DNA from: Lama glama
Lineage: Eukaryota
Reading direction: 5' to 3'
Length of the DNA: 64,000 nt
Assembly: GCA_028534125.1 (NCBI GenBank)
Contig: CM052817.1
Span: 55,802,001-55,866,000 of the forward strand
The notes under the pieces are model-generated. The model worked only from the letters and a program-made list of their open reading frames with translations, did no database searches and had not been told where the DNA came from. Made by a program: the position numbers and the translations under genes. Each line of letters starts with the position of its first letter. The stretch's first letter is position 1. Positions 37,801 to 51,614 of this stretch are shown piece by piece.

Positions 37801-40800
37801 ATGGACACATAATAAGAAACTGAAACGTAATGATAGAGATACAGACATACCCTGTTTAGTCACTGAATTTTAAGTCTCACAAGTAAGTTTTCCAGGAATG
37901 TAAATAGAAAATAATTATAAACATGAGGAAAAAGATCAGACAGCCTCAGAAGTCAGCATGATAATAGTCAATCATAGAAACAATGACACATTACCTTTGA
38001 TTATTATATCCAGCCATTTATATTATGTCATTTAAGTGGAAAAGTGACACACATTTTCAACTATGAAGCCTCCTTTGGAAAACAAACAAAACAATCTGAA
38101 TGGTAGAAGATGAATAGAAATATAAACATATGAGCAAAGAGCTTATGGTAAAAGGACTGTTATGAGACCATGGTTTCCGAAAAGATTACTAGTACTTGGT
38201 ATTAATAATATTTTGCTTAACATCAGGATAAAAAGATATAGACTACAAGTTGTGATTCGTGAATGTTAATAACCAGTATTCCATAGCATAGAAAGAATTA
38301 TAACTGTCTAAAATATTTTTAAATGCAGTTTAAAATCTCTAAATTCTTAATGTCTTAAAATTGATTTTTTTAACCTTTGAATCATAGGAATAATTATCTC
38401 CTGGGTGATGAAATATGCATAAAAAGTATAGCAATTCCTCTCATCTCACCACAGCTTTCTTCTCTATTAAATGATAAATTAAAGCACAGTTTAGCTTAAT
38501 AGTGCCATCATTTTCATTATAAGGCAGCATGTATAATATAATCTAATTAATATGCTCTTTATACATTAAAAAAATGTAGTGATAGTCATCAACCAAAGTA
38601 TTCAATAATTTTTCTTCTCCTCTATCAAGATATATTGTTCTCTTCCATGTATCTTAGAGTATATAAAAGAGAAGAAACATCCATTCCTCATATCTTAAAG
38701 ATTTATGTGAAAATATTAAATACCAATATTATGTGGTTTATTATTAGGTGTGAAATATTTTGAGTATTATCAGTTCAGAAAAAAAGATATATATTCCATC
38801 ACCAAATTATACATCATGGATGCAGAACTAAGAGACTTGTAAAAATGCAGGGAAAAAACCCCCACAAAATTTCATAATTGTGCTTTATTTTGATTTTGAG
38901 AATGGAGCTTTATTGGTTATGCATTGGTGAGGTATTGGCAAGGAATTCTTGGCCTAAAAATAAAGAGATATTTTTGGCATCTTTTTTATAACTGAAAATT
39001 AACCTAGTAGTGTACAAAAACCCAATGAAAAGAGTTTTATTCTTTCTCTCCTCTATGTCTTCCATTGTATTAACTTACAACTCAAACCTAACACTTCCTA
39101 AGAAATCAAAAGTATACCAGTAGCCATGGGATCTACTTGTTTCCATTTTCTATGTCAACCAGTAAGAGAAGCTATTTCTCCCATCTCAAAAGATCAGGAA
39201 ATATTTTTCCTGCTGAAACCAACAGCAAATGTTCCTTAGGTCTCTTGCACCTTGAACTAATTATCATGGCCAAAGAGATGAGAAGCACAGATACTCATGC
39301 ACCAATCTATGAATTTTTCTGGGCTTGAATTACATGAATTGCTTAGTAAATGATAAGCCACTCCCCAGTGTCAAATTGAAGTTTTCTCAACAACAGAAAA
39401 GAAGAAATGACACCAGACTGTCAAAAATAGCAGGGACCGTTGCCATAATATATGTTGGCCTAATTCACTGAAGCCCTGGATGACTGTTTTCAGTGGCACA
39501 ACATATAAAAGAAATGGTTATTATACACAGCCATGCTCAATAAGACTCAACGAAACTGTTATGCTTTCTGTTATGCTTCAAGAAGCTATTGGCCAGTGAA
39601 AGGAGAAAGTGGGTCAAGGAATGAGAATTACATAGATGTTCAAAAAAATTTTTAAAGACTCATCAATTCATGTGGTTTCTTAATTTTAATTTTAAGAAAA
39701 AATTATCTGAATAATGTTTTGCATTTAGATTCATTATATAATCACATCTAAATCTATACTAATATCTATTTTTCTATTGGTATGTGAAATCTAAAGAATC
39801 AAAAGAGAAAGACTCATTGAATAGACATCACTGTGCACTATTTATGTTATAAAGTGGTATAGCAGTTGGCTATCATTGACTAGAGATGGACACCTTAGTG
39901 AAGCTATACTAGAATCTTGAATGGAACTTTTGGAAAGTTCCATTTGGAATGAACACCCAGAAAGTTTTTATCTTACCATATAAATCTAAACAAAAATAAA
40001 TCTTTCTGGGGAAGTGCTAATGTGACATTAAACATGACCTTTTAAGCAACTGATTGAAATGCGAGTTGAAAAAAAAAAGACAGTAAGCTAAATAATGTCA
40101 TGTCAAATACTATATCAATTTATGTCAGTTTCATTAGAAATGCAAAATTAAGCTTTTTGTTCAGTGCATTACTTTTAGAATACATGTTTCCATGGTCCTA
40201 AATGTTTGAATTATAAGATTTCTTACTCAGGTTTTTTAAATGCCTCTATGATTTTGACAATAGTTACCACATCACTATGTGTTGTCTCAGGTCCCAAGCA
40301 CAATGTTTAAGTGAGATTAGAATTAAGGTAATAGGCTAAAGCTTCAAAAATAATTGAAATGAATACATATGGAAGCATAAGTTGTATTTATTAACGTAAG
40401 ACTACCTTAGATGAGATGAAAGATAACCTGTATCATGATCATTCAGAGGAAGTTGTCGAATACCCAGTATGCCCAGAAAGGTTAACAGCAGAACGTGCTT
40501 AATCAGCAACTATATGTTTACTCAGAAAAGAAGTATAATAGTTAGAAAGAAAATGTGTTGGTTATGAGTTGTAGAGGAGGATTTGTTAAAGAAGTACTGC
40601 TGACCCAGAAAAGGTCCTGTGACCCTTCTAGGGATGTGGAATTGGCTCCCAGATTGCCATACAGTGGACCCTAAGTGGGAAGTGTTCCATTCCATTCTAT
40701 TCCATTAGATTGATGGCTTGTATGCTCCTGAAAGAACTGTTATGGATAAATGAAATATCAAATCTTTTAGAAAAGTTATTGTTTGACTCATCTGTCATTT

Positions 40801-42168
40801 CTTACACTTTGACTCCTTCATGTAATCATTGATTAATTGCAATTTTTTTCCTCTCAAATTAATGACATAATAGTAGGAAAACCATACTGGAAACCTCATC
40901 TAATATTTAGTGCATATTACCTTAGGTATGAGAAAAAATATCCATATATATAATTTACTGTAAGTTACCAGTTAGTTATTATTCTGGAACTAATTTATAG
41001 AGTTCAACAAGAAATGAGAATTTAAAATACATTTTTGGGTTCCATATACATGAGATATATTTCTTTTTTTAAATATGGCATCCTAATCAATCACAAAATA
41101 TATTAATACTGTTTATTTAAAGGAGAGCTCCTTAAAGCATTGAACTCATATTTTTGTTTGAAGGTTACTGGCTGTGCAGTAGATTGGATGTCATAAAGAG
41201 AACTAGAAGTCTATTCTAGTATTAGAGAAATATTTCAAAAGCATAGACATTTTTCTGTTTCAAATGCCCAATTTTTCTTTGAACATTCTTGGTATTAAGA
41301 GGGCCATGACCATGATCTTTAGGTTAGAAAATACTTTGTCTCTTTCAAAAGATAAAGCTCGACTCTGCCATTCTTAAGAAACTCCACTCCTGATGCTACA
41401 AAGATTCTTAGTAATTGCTGTCAGTATTGTAACATCACACACTGTTTCTTCTAACTATTTTACTTTCAACATTATCCAATTTTTATTTCTTCTGTTGTTA
41501 GCATACATGGAGGCCTTCTGTAAGAAAGCCTTCTTTGAATAACTTCCTGTACTCAACAGAAGAAAACTAATGTACAATCAACTTTCTTTTCACCAATGAA
41601 GCATTTCAATATATTTTAGATACTTTCTTTCCCCATTAAAAAGTGTTTTCATTTTTTCTGCTGAGGTGTGTTTGTTTCTCACTTGTTCATTACACATCTC
41701 AAAAGCAAAAGAAGTCAGGTCAGGCACGAGGAGCTTATATCACAACTGAATAAAGTCATAACACATCACTAAGTCAATGAGGGTGTGGCAGGTCTATGGA
41801 ATACTGAGGAGGACATAATCTGCCCCAGACCGTTACAAATTCATGACTTTTGGCTTGTTTTGTCTTTTTTTAAATTTTACAGCACTCATCTGACAAGATA
41901 ATGTATGTTTTCTGGTAAAATGTTGCAAATATGGTTGCACTGTCCTCTTTTAAAGTGTTTTTTTATGAGGATGCAATTTAGACAATAATAAATGGCAACA
42001 ATCTAGGTGGTAAAAATGAATGAATATGTAAGTATACTTTGAATAACTTATAGAAGAAAAATATGCTACTATTAAAATATCTATTAAAACTTAAATAATA
42101 ATAATTTAAAGTAAATGGAAAACAATTTGCAATAATTCATAAATACCATAATTTAAACATGTAAACAA

Positions 42169-45100
42169 GGAGTGACATCAGCAAAATAGTGGAATGGGAG
42201 TTTTCCACCATCTTCCCCACAAATAACACTGATTTTGACCATCACCAATGGATGAGAGTTCCTTTGTGGAAGCTTAGGAGTTCAGGGGAGAAGTTCTAGC
42301 ACATCCCTGGAGCAAAGAAAAATCTGAGGTGGACACACTGGGTAAAGTAAATGGTTTCAACTTTATCTGTGTCACCCCTCCCTCAAGGCAGCACAGCTCA
42401 GTGCCAAGAAAGACCTTCTCAGCTGTCAATTTGTCCCGTAGCTGAGAGTAAGAGCCTGTGGGTAAACACCTGGTTTTCCCAGCTGCGCATGCAGGAGGCT
42501 ATCAAAGGGTCCCAATTCTTTTTCACCCCATCCAGTAAACTAATGTGTGCTGTGTAACTGGTGATAGGGAGGAGCTAAGAGAAAAGCAGCTATGGCCCTC
42601 TAAGGGCATCAAAGGGATTCAGATCCTACTGATTGTTTAATGGACTCCATCAGAGAGTCAGCCCATGAAACACTGGGTCAACTTTCTGGTGGACCATCCG
42701 CATCCCCAACTGTGGGCATGGGTAGTGCTCTGTGCATCTTTCCCCTACACACTCCCACAATATGGCTGTCCTCCTGTGCATACTCCTAAGGGCAGCGGGT
42801 ATGAGACTTTGTAGATGGCTAGTGAGCATGCACAGAAAGCCCGCCTGACTCTATAGGATTGGGACAAAGCACACAAACCCTGAGCATTCAGCACTACCCT
42901 ATGAAAGCAAACAGGGGCTGTCAGTAACAGGCATGGCTTTGCAGAATTGAGAGAATCCCTCCCCTTCAAGAATACTTCACCTGGCAAAACAGTCACTCAG
43001 AAATAAAGGAGGAAGAAGAATTCATATCAATTCTTCTTAAACTATTCCAAAAAACAGAGGAAAAGGGGAAATTCCAAACTCATTTTATGAGGCCAGTATT
43101 ACCCTGATACCAAAACCAGACATGAGTGCCAAGAGAAAAGAAATTTATAGGCCAATATCCCTTACAAGCATAGGTGCAAAAATCCTCAACAAAACATTAG
43201 CGAACCAAATTTAATAATACATTAAAGGATCACACACCATGATCCAGAGATGCAAGAATGGCTCAATAGTTGCAAATCAAACAATGTGACACACCACATT
43301 AACAAAACAAAGGATACAAATTATATAATCAGCTCAATATATGCAGCAAAAGCATTTGACACAATTCAACATCCATTTATAATAAAAACTCTTGATACAG
43401 TGGGTATAGAGGGAACACACCTCAACATAATAAAGCTTATCTATGACAAGCCCACAGCTAACATCATACTCAATGATGAAAAGCTGAAAACTCTCTCATG
43501 AAGATCAGTGACAAGGTTGCCCACTTTTTGTATTTTTATTCAGCATTGCAGTGGAAGTCTCAGAGAAATTAGGAAGGAAAAAGAAATAAAAGTCATTCAA
43601 GTCAGAAAGGAAAGAGTAAAACTGTCACTGTTTGCAGATGACAGGATACTATATATAGAAAAACTTAAAACACACCACCAAAAACCTGTTAGAACTAATA
43701 AACAAATTCAGTAAAGCTGCAGTACACAAAATCAATATTCAAAAATCAGTTGAACCCCTATACGCTTAACAACAACCTATCAGAAAGAGAAATAAGGAAC
43801 ACAATCCCATTTATAATAGCATCAAAAGAAAAACAATAAAATACTTAAGCATAAATTCAACCAAGGAAGTGAGTGACCCATACGCTAGAAACTGTAACAC
43901 ATTAAAAAAAAACTGAGGGAGAAACAAATAAAAAGAGATCCTGTGTTAATGGATTAAAAAATTAATATTTAAAAGAATGTGTAGATTACCTAAAGATATC
44001 TACAGATTCAATACAATCCTTATCAAAATTTCATTGTCATTTTTTGCAAAAAATAGAAAATACAATCCTAAAATTCAAATGGCACCACAAAAGACCTTGA
44101 ACAGGTGAAACAATTTCGAGAAAGAAAAGGCTTTAGGCTTTACACTTCCTAATTTCAAACTGTGTAACAAAGATACAGTAATCATATCAGTATGGTACTG
44201 CCATAAAAAAGACACAGAGACTGATGGGACGTAATAGAGAACCCAGATATAAAGTCATGGAAGCAACACATGGGAGCAAAGAACACACAATGAGGAAAGG
44301 AAAGCCTCTTCAACAAGTGGAGTTGGGAGAACTGGGTATTCACACACAGAAGACTGAAAGTGGACCTCTACCTTACGTCATTTCAAAATTTATTTCAAAA
44401 TAGACTAAAGTCTTAAATCTAAACCCTGTAACCATAAAACCCCTAGGAGAAAACATAGAGATAAAGCTCCTTGACACTGATCATGACAATGATTTTTTGG
44501 ATATGACACTCAAAGCAAAGGCAAGAAAATTTTAAAAAATAATAATAATAACAAATTGGACTATGATCATCAAAGTAAAAACATACCCACAGCAAAGAAA
44601 GTACTCAATAAAATGAAAGAGAATCTATGGAACAGGAGAAAATATTTGCAAAGCACTTATCAGATAAAGTGCTAAAATCCAAAAGATATAAAGAAACTAC
44701 ACAACTCAATAGCAAAAAACTAAATAAACCAATCAAAAATGTGCAGAGGACCTGAATAGACATTTTTCTAAAGAAGACATTCAGATGGTCAGTAGCTACA
44801 TGAAAATGTGCTTAACATAGCTAATCATCAGGGAAGTGGAATTCAAAACTGCAATGAGATAAGATCTAAACACCTCTTAGGATAGTTCTTATCCAAAATC
44901 AACTAATAACAAGTAGGGTCAAGGATGTGGAGAAGAGAAACCCCCATTCAAGGCTGGTAGGAATGTAAATTGAAATAGCCATGATGAAGAGAGTATGAAG
45001 GTTCCCTAAGGAATTAAAAATAGAACTATCACATGATCTTGCAATCCCACTTCTGGTTATAGGTCTGAAGTAAACAAGATCAATATCTAAGAGATATCTG

Positions 45101-45645
45101 TACTCCAATGTTCACTGAAGCATTATTTGCAACAGACAAGATATGGAGCAATTTTAAGCATTGTTAATGGACGAATTGATAAATATGTGGGATATATATC
45201 ATGCATGTCAAGATCAATATATACATATATTCAATGGAATATTATTCAGCCACGATAAAGAAAGAAATCCTGTCACTTGCAGCAACATGGACTAATCTAA
45301 AAGACATTTTGCTAAGTTAAATTAGCCAGACAGAAAAAGACAAATACTGTATAATCTCACTTATATGTAGGTTCTAAAAAAATCTTGAACTCATGGAAAC
45401 AGATAGTTAAATAGTGGTTTTGAGGGGCTGGGGCTGAGGGAGATTGGGAAATAGTAGTTAAACATAAGCCTCCAGGTATTAGATGAGTACGTTTTGGGTA
45501 TCTAACGCACAGCACAGTGATTACAGTTAATAACACTTGGCTGTGTACTTGAAACTTGTTAAAAGAGTAAGCTTTAAGCATTTTAAACACACACACACAC
45601 ACACATAGGCACAATTTAATTTGTTAATTATATCTCAAAAATTGC
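42169..45645 (+). mobile_element. L1MA9-like element: 5'UTR, ~45-bp ORF1 remnant, ORF2 RT to C-terminus, 3'UTR; inactive
   Basis: Start 'ggagtgacatcagcaaaatagtgg'. RT peptides '[16 protein letters not shown]', '[12 protein letters not shown]' and '[13 protein letters not shown]'. 3' end 'gatgagtacgttttgggtatctaacgcacagcacagtgattacagttaataa' is L1MA9-like. Confidence 0.92.
45587..45606. repeat. (CA)n microsatellite in the L1 3'UTR
   Basis: acacacacacacacacaca. Confidence 0.9.
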
Positions 45646-45754
45646 AAAATAGGAATAACAATGAAAACTGATCAAATATGCATGACTAAAATGCTGGAAG
45701 AGATGTAGAAACACTGATGCGTGTTTGAGTTATTTTCTTTCTTTGTTCTACTGA

Positions 45755-46985
45755 GCCTATGTTAGGCCTTTAGGATTTTGGACTAAAGCCCTTCCATCCT
45801 CTGCAAATAATTACTCTTCTTTTGAGAAACTTCTCTTGACCTGCAACTTTAGTACAGACTGGGTATATAACCACAGGCCACCAAGTTATTATGGGGCCTG
45901 ACCTGTTTATCAGAAGCTGGGTATTATCTAACTCACCAATCCATAAGTTTGCACACACACAGCGGCACTCCACCATCAAATGGAAGTGGTAAATACATGC
46001 TTGGACCCAAGCAGGCCTGAAAGCAAAAGTAAGTTATGTGAAGAAGTGGCCCAAATGACCAAAGTCCCCACTCCTGCTGCATTACCTTCTCTCTCCAGGC
46101 CTACATCTGTGGTCTTACAGGGAACTCCCTGTGACCATTTGTCAGAGGAATATAAGACTTGAGTCTGGCTTACAGATGGTCCTACACTACATGCTGGCAC
46201 CACCTGAAAGTGAAGAGTGGCAACACTACTACTCCTTTTCTGGGACATTCTTGAAGAACAGTGGTGAAGGAAAATATTCCCAGTGGGCAGAACTTTGAGC
46301 AGCTCACCTAAGTTTGCACTTCACTTGAAGGATAACGGCCAATTCCAGGGCGGCAGCCCATGGTTTAGTTTGATGGTCAAGTACATGGATGGAACATGAT
46401 TGGAAATCTGGTGACACAGAAATTTGGGGAAGAAGTTTGTGGATGGACCTCTCTAAGTGGGCAAAAAACACAGAGCTACTTCCGTCCTATATGAATGCTC
46501 ACCAAAGAGGATCCTCAGCAGAAGAGATTTTTATAATCAAGTGGGTTGGATGACCCATTCTCTGGTTACCAGAGTCAGGCTCTTTGCCTGTCCATGTCTG
46601 TCACTGCCCAATGGGCTCATGAACAAAGTGGCCGTGGTGATACAAATTAGGGTTATACACGGGCTCAGCAACATGGACTTCCATCCACCAAGGCTGACCT
46701 GGCCATGGTTGCTGACAAGTGCACAATCTATCAGCAGCAGAGACCAACCTTGACTCCCTGATAATGGCCCTACTCTCTAAAGTGATCAGCCACAAATCTG
46801 GTGGCAAGTTGATTACACTGGATCATTTCCATCATAGAAAGGATCAGCATTCTGTCCTTAACAGAATAGATACTCACCCTGGATATGAATCTTCCATCCC
46901 TGCACACAATGCTTTGGCCAAAACTGCCATCTGTGGACTTTCATAATGTCTTATTCACTGTCATGGTATTTCATCAGCATTATGT
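45755..46985 (+). mobile_element. ERVL (HERV-L/MLT2-type) internal pol fragment: RT connection, RNase H, integrase N-terminus; decayed
   Basis: Manual translation gives LGFWTKALPSSANNYSSFEK (~45770), IKWKW (~45975), SKLCEEVAQM, WLTDG (~46165) and SQWAEL (~46278), all ERVL pol hallmarks. Frameshifted. Confidence 0.9.
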
Positions 46986-46989
46986 GGAC

Positions 46990-48551
46990 TCCAGTAACTG
47001 TCACTTCACAATAAGTGAATCTTTTCAAATCTGCTGTCCATTTTTATTAGGTTATTTTTTTCTTATTATTGACTTTTTGCAGTTCTTTGTATGTTCTGAA
47101 TACTCAAAGTCCTTTATCAGATATTTAGTTTGCAAATATTTCTTCCCAGCCTGTGACTTGAGTTTTCATTCTCTTACCAGAATCTCTGAAATAGCAGAAA
47201 ATTTTAATTTTGATGAAGTTCAATTAATTAGCTTGTTCTTCTACAGATTGTACTTTTAGAGTTGAGTATAAGAAATATTGCCTATACAAAAGTAACAAAG
47301 GTTTTCCCCAATATTTCCTTCCAAAAATTTTATAGTATATCTCTTACATTTAGGTGACAACCCATGTTTAGTTAATTTCAGTATTAAACGTGAGATATGT
47401 TTTGGAGTTTCTTTGTTTTTTTCCCATATGGGTATCTAATTGTTTCAGCATCATTTATTGAAATTGCCTTTGTAATCTGAATAAAAATAAGCTATTTATA
47501 TCTGTGTGGGTGTATTTTGGCTTGATATTCTATTCCATTGATCTATTTGCTTATTTTTATATCATTTCCACAATATCTTGATGAGAACAGGTTTATAGTA
47601 AGTCTAAAAGTCAGAAAGTCTTCTAAATTTACCCTTCTTTTTCAAAGTTGTTTTGGATATCCTAGCTCCTCTGAACAGCCATATAAACTTTAGAATCAGT
47701 TTATTACTTTTTACAAAATAATTTGTCAGTGTAAAGATCTTTCATATGTTTTATTAAACTTATTCCTCAGTGCTCCATATTTTTTGATCATACCATAAAA
47801 GACATTTTTTAAACTTTCAGTTTTTGATTGTTCATTACTAATATATAGAAACATAACTTTTAAAATAGTAGTATTGCATCAAGAAGCTTACTAAATTTAC
47901 TTGTTACATTTATTATTTCTAGTAGTTTTTTGTAGACCTCACTGGGTTTTTCTATACAGTTGACCATGTTTTATTTCTTCTTTTACAATCTGGATGAATT
48001 TCATTTCTTTTTTCTTATTCACTGAATACAGCTGCCAGTACAATATCAAATAGAAGTGGTAAGTGTTGAGATTCTTGTAATTTTCTTGATCTAAGTGGGG
48101 GATATTTCAGAATTACATCATTAAGCATAATGTGAGCTGTACATTTTTCCTAGATGCGTTTACCAGGTGGAAGAATTTCCCCACTGTCCCTAGTTGGCTG
48201 AATATTTTTACAAAAAATGATGTTGGATTTTGTAAAACAATGAATTTATGTCTACTGAGACATTTGTATAAATTTTTTTTTAAGAGTCTGCTTGATTCAC
48301 TTCATTTCTTCCTTCTTGCACTATGGCCTGGAAACTCCCTCAGCGAAGTAAATTTAGCAATGGTAAGGCTGTCTCTGTTGTTTCCCATCTCTCAGGAATC
48401 ATCTTCCTTCAATGCCTGATGTCCAATGTGTTGAAAACCACTATTTCCAATTTTACCCGTTTGCTTTGTTTTCTTTGGTTTTATGATTGTTTTAATTGGG
48501 AAGGTAAGTCCAGGCCTTGTTGTCCCATTTTGATGGTGTGCAGAAGCCCCT
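46990..48551 (-). mobile_element. Old L1 (L1ME/MC-like): ORF2 fragment joined to an L1ME-type 5' terminus
   Basis: Antisense ORF2 'tttgcaaatatttcttcccag' and 'ttttaattttgatgaagttcaat' to ~48275. Then 5'UTR ending 'gggaaggtaagtccaggccttgttgtcccattttga...cagaagccc'. Confidence 0.78.
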
Positions 48552-48792
48552 AAGTTCTTAGACATGTTGTGGTAACACTATGAAGTTCTACCAGATCCTG
48601 ATTCAGTAGTAAGAGCTTCATATCCTGAAAGAATTAAATATTTCCACATATGAAGCAGTAATACGACTCAGGGCTTAAAACAATTTTAAAATTAAAATGA
48701 ATAATCCAAGTCTATTATGAAAAACTGGAATAACTTTTCATGAGTATAATCAGTCATTTCAAAAATTTTTAACATGTTTTTAACATATCTGT

Positions 48793-49146
48793 TGTACACT
48801 GGGTTCTTCAAAAAGTAGACTCAGGAACACAATTCAGCATGTAAGATGCTTATTAAGAGCCCGTGGAATCAATACCTGTGTGTTTAGAGATATTGGGGGG
48901 GGCAGAATTGAGCAGAGGGGAAAGTTGAGCTGCAAAAGAAGCCCCATTAAATCCTTGGTTAGCCTTACTGAGAGCTCAAGAGCTGACGTCCATTCACGGT
49001 TGTCCTCCTTCATGGTGAAATGGCAGTTGAGGTAGTTTCATCATGGGAAATAGCTGAAGGAAATCTGCAGATGACCCTTCCAGGAGCAGAGGCAAAAGTC
49101 CATCCCTGTAGGGGATCTGTGCTCTGGATCACCATGTTCTATCACA
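48793..49146 (-). mobile_element. ERVL solo LTR (LTR33-like)
   Basis: 'tgtacactgggttcttcaaaaagtagactc...ggcagaattgagcagaggggaaagttgagctgc...gagagctcaagagctg...atcaca'. Confidence 0.65.
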
Positions 49147-50379
49147 CTAAGATAAACAATAAAGGAAGAAAAGAGTGAGTGACATGTATAGGTACCTTAG
49201 TGCTTTAGCATAAATTTGGGTATACATGCTCTAGTATATTTGTTAAGTAGGATAATATCAAATAATTTCAACTTATTTATTTTTTATTAGACAGAATAAA
49301 AAGCTATAGAACACCAAGAATGATAATAATAAACTCTTTAACAGAAAAAAATATTACTTTCCTTATTGTTAGACACTTTTTTGAAAAAAAAATTATAATT
49401 CTCTGTACTCTTTTAGATACCAGACCTTGACATAATTTCAAAGAAATTGTTCTGTGGTTAGGGTAGTATGTTTCTGACATACCACCAAAGAAAGTGTTTC
49501 CGAGGACCTTTAGAACTGCATTCTGAAATGCACTTTGCTATTGATTGACTAATCAATATGCTTATTGAAAACAAGTCAAACTTTGATCTATATACTCACT
49601 AGTGACCTTCATAAATCAAAAACAAATTGTTTCAGAAATTCTAAAGCATACTTTAACACACACACATACACGAATAAACCTACATAAACATTTAAGTTGG
49701 CAATTACTGCCTTATAGTCCCATGTTAGTATACCTACAGTCATGCCTTAAAATAAATTCAGCAAATTCCTTGAATGTGAAAAAGTGACACAATCAAGTAA
49801 TATAAATTACAATTCTCTAACTGTTCATTTGGTACGTTGCCTTGTGTCCAACAAAGGAGACAGTTATATACGTCCAGGGAGTGAGTAACACTGATCTACC
49901 TATCCCTGGAGCTATTTAATTTTCTATCTTGAGAAATGAGCCTTATTTTGTAATTTTCTGGATTCTCAAACAGTATTATAGATGAGTAAGTCTGATATAT
50001 TATTGGCAAAACCAAAAGGAGCTGAACATTTTTTGACAGATTCACTATCTTCTGCATGATTTTCTATGAACACCTAAACCTTAATATTTCACATTTAACA
50101 TTGTTGTTTGCTTAGATATGTAAATCTTCCCACATAATTCTTCAGTTATCATTAAAATATTATTTACTTAACAAAGAAATATATTTTATGTAATATTTAA
50201 CAATATCTATTTTAGTAGGAGAAGTCAGCTTTTGTAAGTAGACTTAATTCCTAAGATTGTTACCTACATAAATTTTAGTAGTAGCGGAAGGATATTGGAC
50301 CTCTAAATCTTGAGTCACAGTTCTCTTCTCTATGATCTAAACTTATAGAAAGTCACTGATTATTATGTATTTTAAAATG

Positions 50380-51500
50380 CTTTATTTAAAAATAATTTAA
50401 TTTACAAAAAGTTGCAAGAGGAATACAATGAAAATCAGTGTATTTTTTCATTAGATTTATTGAATTGTTAACATTTACCATAGTCTTTTATTATTCTCTC
50501 TCTCTCATTACTTTATACCACTATTTGATACACGCACATAAACTCCTATATTTCTTTGCTATTTTGAATGTACACTGCAAACATCATTTGAATTTCACGT
50601 ATATCTACATGTAAACACTAAGAACCCATGCATTCACCCATTTAACAAAAGTATCATAGTCAATACATCATGATACCACAAATAAAATCTAAAAGGCACA
50701 GTCCATATAAAAATCTCCCAACTGTTCCATTAATGTCTTTTTAAGTTGTTTCATCCATAATCCAACCAAGTGTAACTCACTGCATGTGATTTTCGTATCT
50801 CTTGGATATCGTGTCCTTAGTGAAATGAATGTTGGCTCCATATATTGACATCCCAGAATATGTAAATGTAAATATGATCTTATTTGGGGGAAAAAAAGGC
50901 TTTTTCAGATGTAATTAAACCTAAATTCAGACAAGTGGTTATCCTAAGTTATTCCAGTGGGTCATAAACGAGTGACAAATGTCCTCATAAGACACGGAAG
51001 AGGAAAAGGCATGTAATATGAAAGGCTTTGTGAAGAAACAGGCAAAGATTTGAGTGATTCAGCACCAAGCAAAGGAGTAGCTGGAGCCACCAGATGCTGC
51101 AGGCAGCAAGGAAGGTTCTCCCCAAGGAACTACAGAGGGAGCATGTAGTCCTGAAGACATATCTGATGACACCTTGGTTTTTGACTTCTGGCTTACAGAA
51201 CTGTGAGAGAAAAATTATGATATTTCAAGCCACCAAAGTTATGGTAATTGGTTAGGACAGCCCTGGGAAATTAATTTACTTCCCAATCTTTTTAATTTCA
51301 AGGCCATATTTCATGGTATTGACTTTTTTTCCCAAACCTGTAACTGCTGTCTAGTAGAATGTGTCAAGTCTACTTTTAATTTACTATTTTTTTCATGGTT
51401 AGAGGTGATTATTATTATTCTCTCATAATTGAGACAAGGCTTTTATGTTAAGAATATTGTATAGCTTATGCTGTGTTTTATTTCATCACAACAGGAGGTT
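50380..51500 (-). mobile_element. L1MC4-like 3'UTR, interrupted by MLT1
   Basis: 'aaaataatttaatttacaaaaagttgcaag...aattgttaacattt' resumes after 51280. Confidence 0.6.
50812..51278 (+). mobile_element. MaLR solo LTR (MLT1C-like)
   Basis: 'tgatcttatttgg...cagatgtaattaa', 'ctggagccaccagatgctgcaggcagcaaggaagg', and end 'cagaactgtgagaga...tcaagccaccaaagttatggtaattggttaggacagccctgggaaattaat'. Confidence 0.88.
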
Positions 51501-51614
51501 AATATAATCTTATTATACTGTAGGATAATATATAATATTACATATACACAATATATAATGTAATATAATGACATATAATGAAAACTTATTATACTATAAG
51601 TTTGCTAAGTTTTT

